The notes under the pieces were generated by a model, which ran no database searches, was not told the origin of the DNA, and worked only from the letters and a program-made list of their open reading frames with translations. Below, one piece after another: positions 12,563 to 23,900 of a stretch of DNA of 64,000 bases; the stretch's first letter is position 1; each line of letters starts with the position of its first letter. The stretch lies in assembly GCA_964188305.1 (NCBI GenBank), contig OZ076885.1, one strand, 5' to 3'. This DNA comes from Podarcis bocagei (Eukaryota). A program made the translations under genes and the position numbers.

Positions 12563-12905
12563 TACTTATTTAATTTATATACTGCCCCTTACCCGAAGAT
12601 CTGAATAGTTCACAAAATAAAAATACAAGATAAAAGCACAAATAAATAGAACAAAAATAAAGCAATAACACTCCCCCCCCCCAAAAAAAATCAAAAAGCT
12701 GTAGAATATTGCACAGTTAAAGGCCTGGTTGAAGAAGAATGTTTTCACTAGGCATCTAAAGATGTATAATGAGGGCGCCAGGCAAACCTCCCTGGGGAGA
12801 GCATTCTGCAAAGGGGGAGCCATCGCAGAAAAGGCCTGTTCTCATGTTGCTACCGTCCGATCCTCTCGTGAAGGAGGCACACAAAGAAGGCCCTCACATG
12901 ATCGT
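12563..12905 (-). mobile_element. Older L2-type LINE 3' fragment
   Basis: APPLQNALPREVCLAPSLYIFRCLVKTFFFNQAF on - strand. Confidence 0.75.
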
Positions 12906-13199
12906 AGAGTCCATATTTTCCAGGTTACAATTTTGCTGACTGAGGGTGATGGGACTTTGGTCTGAAACAGCTGAAGGGACTAAGCTGGCAAAGGCTGTTC
13001 CTCATACATTCATTTCCCAGAAACTTGTAGCAAGACCTGTTGCTCAAGCACCTTATAATTATGTATGGATTACGGGGACAAAAAGATTTTATTTAGCCAT
13101 TGGAAGGGGAATTATTATTTTTTTAAAAAAGCTTTAGTGTTCAGAGGTGCTGAGGCAATACTGGTTGCTGGGTAGCAACAGTATTCCTCCAATTTATTT

Positions 13200-13640
13200 G
13201 ACTCTCATAAACCTTCACTTTTACTCCCCTTCTACTCTTTGCTTGGTTTCTTAACAGCTATCTTTTCAACTGTGTTTTCTGACTCTACTCAGTTGTTTTC
13301 ATTATATTATCCCGCGTTGTAACCTCTACTGCTGCGTACTTTTGTCAGCCTGTTTTTTTCAGCCAGTTATTTTCTTGTTGTAATATTTTCCCATATAATC
13401 AATATTTAATATCCAGTCCTCTTTTAAATTATCATATTTATTTCTTAATCTATTTGTCATGCTGGCAAGTTCTATATATTTTAAGGTGCCATCCTTCTCA
13501 GGATGGCACTTTGTCCTCCACTTTTGTGCTACCAGATTTCGGGCAGCTGTGGTTACATACATCCATAGAATAATTTGATTTTTGGGGATCAGGTTCAGCT
13601 TTGAAGTGTGATCAGTGTTCAAGGTTTTGATGACATCTTT
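13200..13640 (-). mobile_element. Degenerate L1/Tx1 ORF2 C-terminal and 3' fragment
   Basis: Translation WMYVTTAARNLVAQKWRT resembles the C-terminal region of squamate L1 ORF2. Confidence 0.65.
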
Positions 13641-14079
13641 TTCATGTGGAGTTCTTCAACTTGCATATCAAAATCTTTCTGTCCAAAATATTGGAAGGAG
13701 ATATTTCTGCAATATTTCAAGACCTTTTTGACGGGAGGAGAGAGATAAAAGTTTATTGATCACAACATACTGGGTAGTTTGTCACCGTGCGGAAATATGC
13801 GTGCCTGAGAAGTGCTGTTCTATCCACATACTTGTGAGTAAACATGGCTGGACTGCAGCCTTGATTCAAAAACAGCAGCATGCCTCAAAACACTAGGATG
13901 CTTGCACCAGTGGAAGCTGAACTTGTGAACATGCCCTTTAGACTCCTGAAGGACTTCGAGCCTTCTCTTGGCAGGGATGCAGAAAGCTTCACTTACGTGT
14001 TTCGGACTTGTTAAAACCACAGTGGGGGCTGGGGGAAAGCTGGATTCCTTTGACTTAAAGGTGGGAGGCTGGCAACGTC

Positions 14080-14960
14080 GGAGCCTGAGTTGGGCGCTGC
14101 CCCTTTAAGAGCTCCTCTTGCCTTGATCTTCCTGCTGGGAGCTGGGAAGGTGCTGCCGCGGCGAGGAGGAGGCGGCGAGGCGAGGCCAGAGTTGGCCCTC
14201 GGAGATCAGACCCGGGATTGAGGAAGGCAGGATCCCACCCTCTCTGCGGCTGCTGCGAGCAACGGTATGGCGTCCCCCTGGGGCACTCGGAGTCCTCTTC
14301 AGGCCAGGCGAGGGGATCTTCCTCAAGCCAACCACGCGGCGCCCTAAGGAGTAAGTAGCCAAGGCGCGGACTCGGCGCTTCTGCCTGGCGCAACCGATCC
14401 CGCCATGGGAGCGCAAGTCTCGAGCGCAAGGGGGATCTGAAGTGCTTGGCGAGCGGATCGAGCCTGGGATCGCCGCGGGATCCGGGCCGCCACCTGTTGC
14501 TCGGAGCGCACAGCCAGCCTCGCCGCGCGTCTGGGAGGGGGCGGCGGCGGCGGCGTCTCCTGCTCTCCAAGCGGCGCTGCGCCTCCAGTTGCGCCTCTCC
14601 GGGAAAATGGAGAGCGACGGACTTTCCAGCGCGGACCAGAAGCTGATCCGAGAGAGCTGGGAGAAAGTGAACAGCAGCCCCATCGAGCACGGCTTGGTCT
14701 TGTTTACCAGGTAAGGGGGAGAAGGAAGAGGGGCAGGCTGGGCTTGGTTGGAGGGAGCACGTGCGAGGCCAGATGCCGGAGGAAGATTGTAAGGGGGAAT
14801 CGAGGATCTGCCCGGGAGAATCAAAGAGCCAGGTGTGTCTCCACGACGCCTGAAGTGGGGACGGTCCTTTGCAAAGCAGACCATCTTGACCCAACTTGGT
14901 TTCACAGCTTGAAAGACTCCGGTGAGAAACTTTGTTCCACCTTCTCCGCCACGATCTTTA
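14080..14960. promoter_or_regulatory. NGB: CpG island / NGB promoter and 5' UTR; TATA-like TTTAAGA at ~14104; CACGTG E-box at 14758
   Basis: Visibly CpG- and GC-rich compared with the CpG-depleted flanks; surrounds the start codon. TSS position is not determined. Confidence 0.8.
14607..14710 (+). CDS. NGB: NGB coding exon 1 (104 nt)
   Basis: AAAATGG Kozak start; [18 protein letters not shown]...VLFTR; donor AG|GTAAGG, phase 2. Confidence 0.96.
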
Positions 14961-17900
14961 CGCTCCATATTCCCAGAGTCTCCATGCTTAGATTTGTTGG
15001 TGGTGAATCTCTGCCGGGAACGAGCAAGCTCCTTCTAGCAGGGGTTTGGTTCCTCTTCACACATCACAGGGGTGGGACGTCTGAAGTGGTGGCGGGGAAG
15101 CGGGCAGATCGTGTGTATTGGTTATGCGAGTGTAGACCTGCTTGGTTATTTGCAGGTGATTTATATATGACACAGGTGACAGACTTGCTTCCAACATGGA
15201 AGTGTTTTCCTGTGCAGCCAAAGTGTAATAGGTGAAGTAAAGTGCCTCTCTTTCTAAATTAGCTTTATATATATATAAAAAAACCACATTTATATATCAC
15301 TGTTCCATGTTGGTGCCTAACATGAGCGCTTTCTAGGCTTGAGAAGTCTACCTGCAGGTCACATATACACCTCTGTGCTGGGGCACTTCTTGTCCCAGAA
15401 GTGCAGGGCTGGTTTCTGTTAGTTTCTAATGAGGGAGAGGGGCCCCATCTTCTCTAACCCCCCACTATAAATAAAAATTTAAACCACAAACAAAAATACA
15501 TATATATATGGGGGGAATGAGCTGTATACAATAAAATTAATAGAAGACAAAAGCCTAGACAATATTTAACATTATTAGAAAGGATACTGAAGTCTACATT
15601 TAATATAAATAAAACAACATTGAATTAGGTTAATTAAATAATTTCTCTTTCTTACATCCCCCTCCCCCCGAGACACCATGACTTGACTTGAGCTAGAGCT
15701 TGTTGCTAACACTGTATTTGCTTTCATTTCCCTGGAGTACCCCTAGAATATGCGAAGTAATGAGTGCCACTGAGCATGTGCAGAGCGCCTTTTAATAAAC
15801 ACCAGTCAGTCACAACAAACCCATGTAAATATGTGATGGATAGTTAAGGTGGCAATTCTGTATGAGCTTACCTGAATGTAAGTCCCAGACACATATAGGC
15901 TTGTGCTGCAAGGCTTCTGGGTCAGAAAGAGGGGACTCCTAGACAGGCTTGAGTTCCAGCAGGACTTTTTCATTTCAGAAAATGAAGCGTTAGATGAGTC
16001 CAGACAGAGCAAGGAGCTTGTGCAGTCCTGTGAAGGCTTACTTTGGCTTAAGCTTGGGCAACATAGCACCTCTATGGGTTTGAAGGGTGCAAGTATTGAT
16101 GTGATTTTCATATGAAACTCCATGAGGATTAAAGGCCAGCAAGCTGTTTAAAAAGACAGGCCAAGAACACAGGAAGAAGGTTGTGTGAGCTCTAAGTCTT
16201 CCCTTTGATATCTTCTTGTCGTTGTGGCAGATGAGAGTTTTCTCTCAATCAGGGAGTAGCTCCACAGTCCTCAGCTCTGCAGAGTGTATCAGAGCGGCTT
16301 CCTAATTGCATGTGACATGGCAATCACGGGAGCCGAGGCCAGGCCTGGCCCTTGGGGAGAGGCTTGATTCATTCCGGGATCAGTCCCAGGGCAGAGGAAA
16401 TGGTGCATGCGAGAGAACAGCTGAGTGCCCGGGTGCATGCCATTAACCCTGAAGCTGAGGAGTACAGAGCTGGGAGACGCAGATGGGACAAACGCTTTGA
16501 GCCTCTGGAAGGCCGTGCTTGGTTTTATAGGAAGCAACAAACTTTATTCCTCCATTCACAGAGGAGTTTGTGCAGAGGCTGCTCTGCAGCCAATGTTCAC
16601 CCACCTGCTCCCAGCCACTCTTTAACTTTCCATTGTATAGACAGGAAAATCGAGGCAGGTAAGCGTGGCGTTTGCTCAACATGGACTAAGGAGAGTCTAT
16701 AGTGTGAAGAATGGGATTTGGAACCTAGGAAGCTGCCCTATACAAGTGACAGATCTTGGCATCTCAAATTTCAGGGGTGCCCTTTGCAATGCCAAAATCC
16801 GGTGTCCCCTCGCCTTCTGTTAGATCTCATAGTTGCAGTGTCCCAGAAGCTTTGCACCTGGTGTGACCGACCTGTTGTGCTCCCCTAGATCTGCCTTTCA
16901 TACAAGGTCAGATCATTTGTGTCCTTGTCGACACGTGGCTGGCAGTGGCTGTCCAGCATCTTGAGCAGAGGTCTCTCACATCACCTCCTATCTGATCCTT
17001 TGTTCTTTTTAATTGCAGACATAATAAATTGAACCTCCAGCCTTTAGCATGCTCTACCCCTGAGCTATGATCCCTTCTCCTACACAGAGAACAGAACTGT
17101 TTATCTGCTGCTTGTGTGTGGTGGATGGCAGCCTGGCCATTGAAATTCCACTTGCTTTGTCTGACTGTTAGATTTTAGTTTCTAAGAATCAAAGTCCAAC
17201 CAGCGGCAGAGCTTCAAGCGCCAGCACCGGGGTGGGGGGCGGAGAGCAGGTGGGGGTGGGGCTGGCATGCGTCCTGCGGGCGTGGTGCTCAGCGCGGGCA
17301 GGGGGGGAGCCACGATGGCACCCCACCAGTATTTCACTGCCGGGGGCAAGGTGCTCCCCCCACACTCCTCTTCCTCTGCCAGTGAGTCCAACACAGTCAA
17401 CTCCAGCTCCCCATGTAGAATATGGATGGGTGGAGCTGGTACTATAAAATGGGCAATGCAATGTAGGTAAGGTATCCTTTAAAGTGGTGTGCAAACAGCT
17501 TCTGGGAATTCTCTGCTCTGTTTATAGGAGATTTCTCCTGCGGGAAGATAAATTATTCTTTAGTAATTTTTCAGGGGTGGGGCTGACTATTGGCAGTGAG
17601 GGATGGAAGCAAAGCTTCTTTCTTTTCTGCCAAGGGTGTGTGTGTGTTGATACTACAAATGGCTGCAGGATCTGTGTTGGTCGAGTCACCATTTGCCTTT
17701 TCCACAATGGATTGTTTTCTCAGTAAAAAATGCCTTATGGGAAACTGAATAGCTGTATTACTCCTCCATTAATTAATAAACACACAACTTTGTTTCTCTG
17801 GGCCAAATGCAGTAAAACCCACTCAATGAATACGAAGACGAAATTATCAGAGGATGCTTAAAAGTTTGGAAGGGATGCACAAAGCTTCAGAAGGAGTAGA

Positions 17901-20900
17901 CAAATGAGAAAGTGACAGGTTAGCAGGGCTGAATTGTGTTCACATGGGTTCTTCAACAGTTCAAAGGTAAAATTGTTAACTAAGGTATGTAATTTAAAAT
18001 CAGCAAACTTTTCCAGCAAATTGCTGAAATGGTCATTGTAGCACCTGTATTTTCAGCAGGAACCAGGAAATTTGAACCCTTCCAGACAATTCTATACTGT
18101 ATTGTGCAATATGATGGAAATCGTTATTAAGACTAGTTTATCTATTGAATATGTAACACAACAAAACTCGTGGAGGAAGAGTTGGCTTGGTGTCTCCAAA
18201 GAGATGTCTTGCTTCACTAACCCCTTTAAGTGTGTTGAGAGTATCAACAAAAATGTAGAGGGGGTGGTTAGCCGAACATTGCAAACATAGGCTTTGTGTT
18301 TGTTTTTAAGAGAGCTTTTTAGCAAACACTCCTTTCTGTGGAAAGTCAAGAGTCAGAAATGCACCCTCTTATGCATTCAAACATCCTCTAGTTAAAATCC
18401 AGAAAGCTGTGGTTAGGAATACAGGCATTTTTCATCATAGAGGAAAGCAAATTATATGGAGTGAGGCTGGTACTGTTTAGATTATTTAATAATTATCTAG
18501 AGTCAGTGACAGAGCTACCTTGCGCATGACACAAAGTTATTAATAGGATGTTACAACTGCAATGAGCATAGATGTGTTGCTGATTGTTTAAAAAACAGAT
18601 AAAGTGACAAAGTACAAGCCTACCAGTGACCATTGTCTATGATGGCCTAAACAGACTGTCTACATTCCGTGGCGTAGCTGCTAAGAGTTTGAGCGAGGAA
18701 CGCTCTGGTTCAAATCTCATCTTTTTTACTTACTTCATAACTCTCAGCCTCCCTTCTGCAGTATGTGGAGAATACTGGCCTACCCTACTGATTGTTGTAA
18801 ATGTTGTTGAGGTAGGCCGGTATTCTCCTCATGCTGACAGGTAGTATTATGAAGTCTTTGTTGCAATTTTTTATTTTGCTGCAAACTGCTTTATAGCCCC
18901 TGTCTGATGGACGACACCAGTCTCTTGCATTACCTTGACTTTGAAGGATTGCGAGTTTTGAGTTCCTGCATGGAGCAAACCATTCTTTGAGATACCATTA
19001 CATGTTTTATACCACTGTATAAAATTGTTCAGCGAATAGCAGAGAGCAGAATTCAGGCCGGTATATGGAACGATATTGCAACAGATTCTCGTTCATCCTT
19101 ATTAGTCAGGAGAGATGTGTACCATATAAATAGGAAAAAAAAGGGTTCCTGTCAATCTAGGAGGTGAATTACCAGAGAGATGAGTTTAGGAAGGCAGTCA
19201 GGGTTGAAAGGGCACCAGGGATGACATGAATGTGTGAAATGCAACCTGGCAATGAAAAGCTGAGGTGGATTTTGGGCTGTGTCGGGGAATGAAGAAGGGA
19301 GAGTCTAATCTCAATGCAGTCTGGAAGTGAAGACCCTTTGAATGTTGTGTTAAGAGACTGTGGTTAGTGGGTATTTTGTCTGTGTATGTTGGTGGGAGGC
19401 GCAGAAGGGCAGAACAGATCCTACGGAAGGGAGTTTGGAAACAGACAACAAAACAAGTCATTGCTACGAGAAGAACGGAGGATGTTTTCAACACATCTTA
19501 TGCTCTTTTGCGCAAGGGTGGTAACTTACAGCGGCTGTGGTGGAGTAAATGGTGTGTGTGCTAAACTCAGCTTTTTTTTCAGAGAAAAGCTTGGTGCTGG
19601 CGATCTTCCAGTGCTCTTGCAAAAGGCTTATGATGTTCTCAGATTTTTCTGCTATCCAGGTCTTTGTCACTTCACACATCTTTCTCTCTCTGTGTGTCTT
19701 TCTGTCTCTGCCTCTCTAAAACAGCCAGTCTTCGACCCCCTATTATTGCTACGATCTAGCAGTGTGATGCTACAGCACGATAAATGGAGATTGCTGTTTA
19801 TACCAGGAATGAATGGACCCTTCCCCATTTCTTAAACACATATTTGAGTGGGACGTTTCTACATGCTCAGTTGAGAAACTGGCTTCAGCCCCACTCCAAG
19901 CATAAGAGCACCATGAGATGAGCAAGGGGAAAGGGGCGGTGGCAGACCTCCATTTGCACTGCCTTCCCCTCCTGGACAGGCTGTGCTCGCAGGGAGAGCT
20001 CAAGTGACTGGGAAGTAGTAATGAAACAATTAAAGCATTTTGAAATTTGTTTAAAACAAGTCCAATACAGATGGAGATTGGGAAAGATTGCTACCTGAAA
20101 TGCTTGTTGATAGGGGAACATTTTCAGCAGGCAACAGAGATGGTGCCTGAGAGTTGTGCTGGGTCTCCATTTTTCTTTCCCAGAAACCAACTGTAAAGGG
20201 ACAGGGGAAGTTGTACCGAGAGAAGAAAAATGCCCTGGGTGGTAATCAACTAAGTTTTACTCTGTGTATACCTATTGGAATTCATGAATATTACTAAAGC
20301 CTATTCATTTCAGTAGGTCTACTTTTGGAATAAAACCTAGTTGAGTACCACTCCTTGTCCTCTGTTGTACCTGGTTTGTTTCCCTGAAGGCAGGCTGGGC
20401 ATGAGGGGAGGCTGTACAAGAGATGAGGAATACATCCTTTCCTCCCCTGCCATCAGCCTTGTCCTGTGACTGGCTTGCTTTCTTGGGCCTCCCCAGAGGA
20501 TGGGAAAGAGAGATGGGATGGGATGTCTGCCCGATTTGTATGGAGGCCAAATAATTGTTGGGTTGATGTCTTTCAGGCTTTTTGATCTGGACCCTGGCCT
20601 CTTGCCCCTTTTCCAGTACAACTGCAGGAAGTTCTCTACTCCTCAGGAGTGCCTCTCATCACCTGAGTTCCTGGAACACATTAGAAAGGTGAGAGGTGCA
20701 AAGGAGTCATTCTGGTAATTGTCTTCAACTATAGCAAAGGCTATGCTGGCAAGTGGCAGTGGGGTATCCTGCTTAGCGTGTTTGGCTAGGGCCTGGGAGG
20801 GCTGGGTTCAAATCCCTCCTCTTCCATGAAGCTCTTGGGGTGAAAGGAGCTTGTTGAGTAAATCTGGGCCAGTTGTTCTCTCTCAGATGGACCTACCTTG

Positions 20901-23900
20901 CAGGGGATCAAATGGTATACAGGTGACCTTGCACATTTTCCTGAGATGCTTGGAAGAAGTTTGGTGTAAAAACTGTAGTCAACAAATGCAGCTTCAAAAC
21001 TCTCTTGCTCTGCCCCAACAGCCCTTTGTGTATCCTCTTCACCAAGTCAGTAACACAAAGTCAGTAAAATTATAATAAGCTATTATTTATTCTACACTGC
21101 CAGGGAATGGGGAAATATTAATTGGTGCCTGGTGCTTCCCAGCTGAACTATTTAAAATTTTAAAAGATGATGCTGTTAAGGTGCTACACTCAATATGCCA
21201 GCAAATTTGGAAAACTCAGCAGTGGCCAGAGGATTGGAGAAGATCAGTCTACATCCCAATCCCAGAGAAGGGCAGTGTCAAAGAATGCTCTAACTACCGC
21301 ACAATTGCACTCATTTCACACGCTAGCAAGGTTATGCTTAAAATTCTACAAGGCAGGCTTAAGCAGTATGTGGACCGAGAACTCCCAGAAGTGCAAGCTG
21401 GATTTCGAAGGGGCAGAGGAACCAGAGACCAAATTGCAAACATGCACTGGATTATGGAGAAAGCTAGAGAGTTCCAGAAATACATCTACTTCTGCTTCAT
21501 TGACTATGCAAAAGCCTTTGACTGTGTCGACTACAGCAAACTATGGCAAGTTCTTAAAGAAATGGGAGTGCCTGATCACCTCATCTGTCTCCTGAGAAAT
21601 CTCTATGTGGGACAAGAAGCTACAGTTAGAACTGGATATGGAACAACTGATTGGTTCAAAATTGGGAAAGGAGTATGGCAAGGCTGTATATTGTCTCCCT
21701 GCTTATTTAACTTAGATGCAGAATTCATCATGCGAAAGGCTTGGCTGGATGAATCCCAAGCCGGAATTAAGATCGCCGGAAGAAATATCAACAACCTCAG
21801 ATATGCAGATGACACAACCTTGATGTCAGAAAGTGAGGAGGAATTAAAGAACCTATTAATGAGGGTGAAAGAGGAGAGCGCAAAATATGGTCTTGAAGCT
21901 CAACATCAAAAAAACGAAGATCATGGCCACTGGTCCCATCACCTCCTGGCAAATAGAAGGGGAAGAAATGGAGGCGGTGAGAGATTTTACTTTTTGGGGC
22001 TCCATGATCACTGCAGATGGTGACAGCAGTCACGAAATTAAAAGACGCCTGCTCCTTGGGAGAAAGGCGATGGGAAACCTAGACAGCATCTTAAAAAGCA
22101 GAGACATCACCTTGCCAACAAAGGTCTGTATAGTTAAAGCCATGCTTTTCCCAGTAGTGATGTATGGAAGTGAGAGCTGGACCATAAAGAAGGCTGATCA
22201 CCGAAGAATTGATGCTTTTGAATTATGGTGCTGGAGGAGACTCTTGAGAGTCCCATGGACTGCAAGAAGATCAAACGCATCCATTCTTAAGGAAATCAGC
22301 CCTGAGTGGTCACTGGAAGGACAGATCATGAAGCTGAGGCTCCAATACTTTGGCCACCTCATGAGAAGAGAAGACTCCCTGGAAAAGACCCTGATGTTGG
22401 GAAAGATTGAGGGCACAAGGAGAAGGGGACGACAGAGGACAAGATGGTTGGACAGTGTTCTCGAAGCCGCAAACATGAGTCTGACCAAACTGCGGGAGGC
22501 AGTGGAAGATAGGAGTGCCTGGCATGCTCTGGTCCATGGGGTCACGAAGAGTCGGACACAACTAAACAACTAAACAACAACAGTGCTTCCCATGTGTTTT
22601 GATGATCTGAACTACTTGTATGACATGAAGAATGTTGTCTAAGAGGTACCTGTAAAAAAATTACCTGGGGTGGAAAGTCGTGTGCATGAATCTATCCTGA
22701 TTACTTTTCTGCGTGCAGAAAATGCATTAAAAAAACTAATATAAATCTATTAACTGTATTAGATTAGGAATGAGTTTAATCACATTTAAATTAGATTTAG
22801 CTTAGCAGAGCAAGCAGGAAGGACAAGTATGAGCTTAACTCCAAGGGTGTGTTAAGAAAATATTGAGACAAGGGACTCTACAGGGGTATAAGCAACCTTT
22901 CTTTTCTGACTGAGTTTTGACCTAGCTGTGGGCTGGTTTTAATAGAATGTTTTCTGCTGCATGCCTGGTGTTTGGTGTTTGATTATGACATGTTTTTAAT
23001 TTGTTTTACTTTGTCCCTTTTGATGAATTTTCTTTTCATTAGCTGCATTGGACAATGCTTTGTTGGAAAGTCAGGAAAGAAATACAAATATAGAAATAAA
23101 ATAAATGAGGTGGTTTGATAGGGTGTTTAGATTGTCAGATTAAAAGAGAACAAGTTTAGTCTAGCTCTCCCCCACCCCCAAGGATGGCTAGTCAGGTTCT
23201 ATTTATTTTTCAGCATTTTTGTCCTGCCTTTCTGCAAAATAGGGTGGCAGAGTACAAACTGTGAAGAGATGAGCTAAAATTTAGTTGAAACAAACAGTCT
23301 GTTGGACAAGCAAATAAGAGGATGATGTTGGTGCAGAAACCAGTAGCAGTCAAAGATCAGCCTCAGAAAACACTATCTTTAAAAAGCCTGGTGGAGAAGG
23401 AAAGTCTTAGCTGCTTTGTTGAAAAGCAAGCAGCCATGGGGCCAGGTGAGCCTCTTTTGGCAGAGTGTTCAACTGTCTGTATCCCAACACTGAAAAGGCC
23501 CTGTCCCTTAGAGCCACCTGCCAGGCTTCAGACTCAAGTAGGCCAGGAGACATCCAACAAGAGCCTCAGTAGATCCATGCCCTCCAACATTTCTCTGATG
23601 AAAATAGGGATGCCCTAAGGAAAAGCAGGATCAAATCAGAAACCGAGACAGCTTCTGTAAATCCAGGACTGCCCCTGAAAAATAGGGACACTTGGAGGGT
23701 CTGTAGATGATCATAAAGGTTAGGCATGTGGGTGGAAAGAATTCTCCAGATGCTCTAGTAACAGGTCAACTGGGCCTTTAAAAGTTAAAACGAACACTTA
23801 GGATTGAGCCCAGAAATGAATTGGTAGTTGCTGTACTGAAGCCAGGTCTTGTAAACATTCTGGCAGCTGCATTCAGGACCAGTCAAAGCATATGATCTAC

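Noticed and set aside
14140-14160. RE1/NRSE (REST) site in the NGB promoter
   Set aside because: Only the CAGCACC half matches (on -); right half and spacing are wrong. The similar half-site at 17222 lies in a MITE. No canonical RE1 found by eye.
14055-14968. 279-aa and 287-aa minus-strand ORFs over the NGB promoter
   Set aside because: Antisense to exon 1 in a CpG island where stops are rare; low-complexity Arg/Pro/Ala/Ser translation with no recognisable domain
21181-22573. Domesticated or host reverse transcriptase gene
   Set aside because: 5'-truncated, frameshifted BovB copy with TSD and tail; no endonuclease domain or promoter
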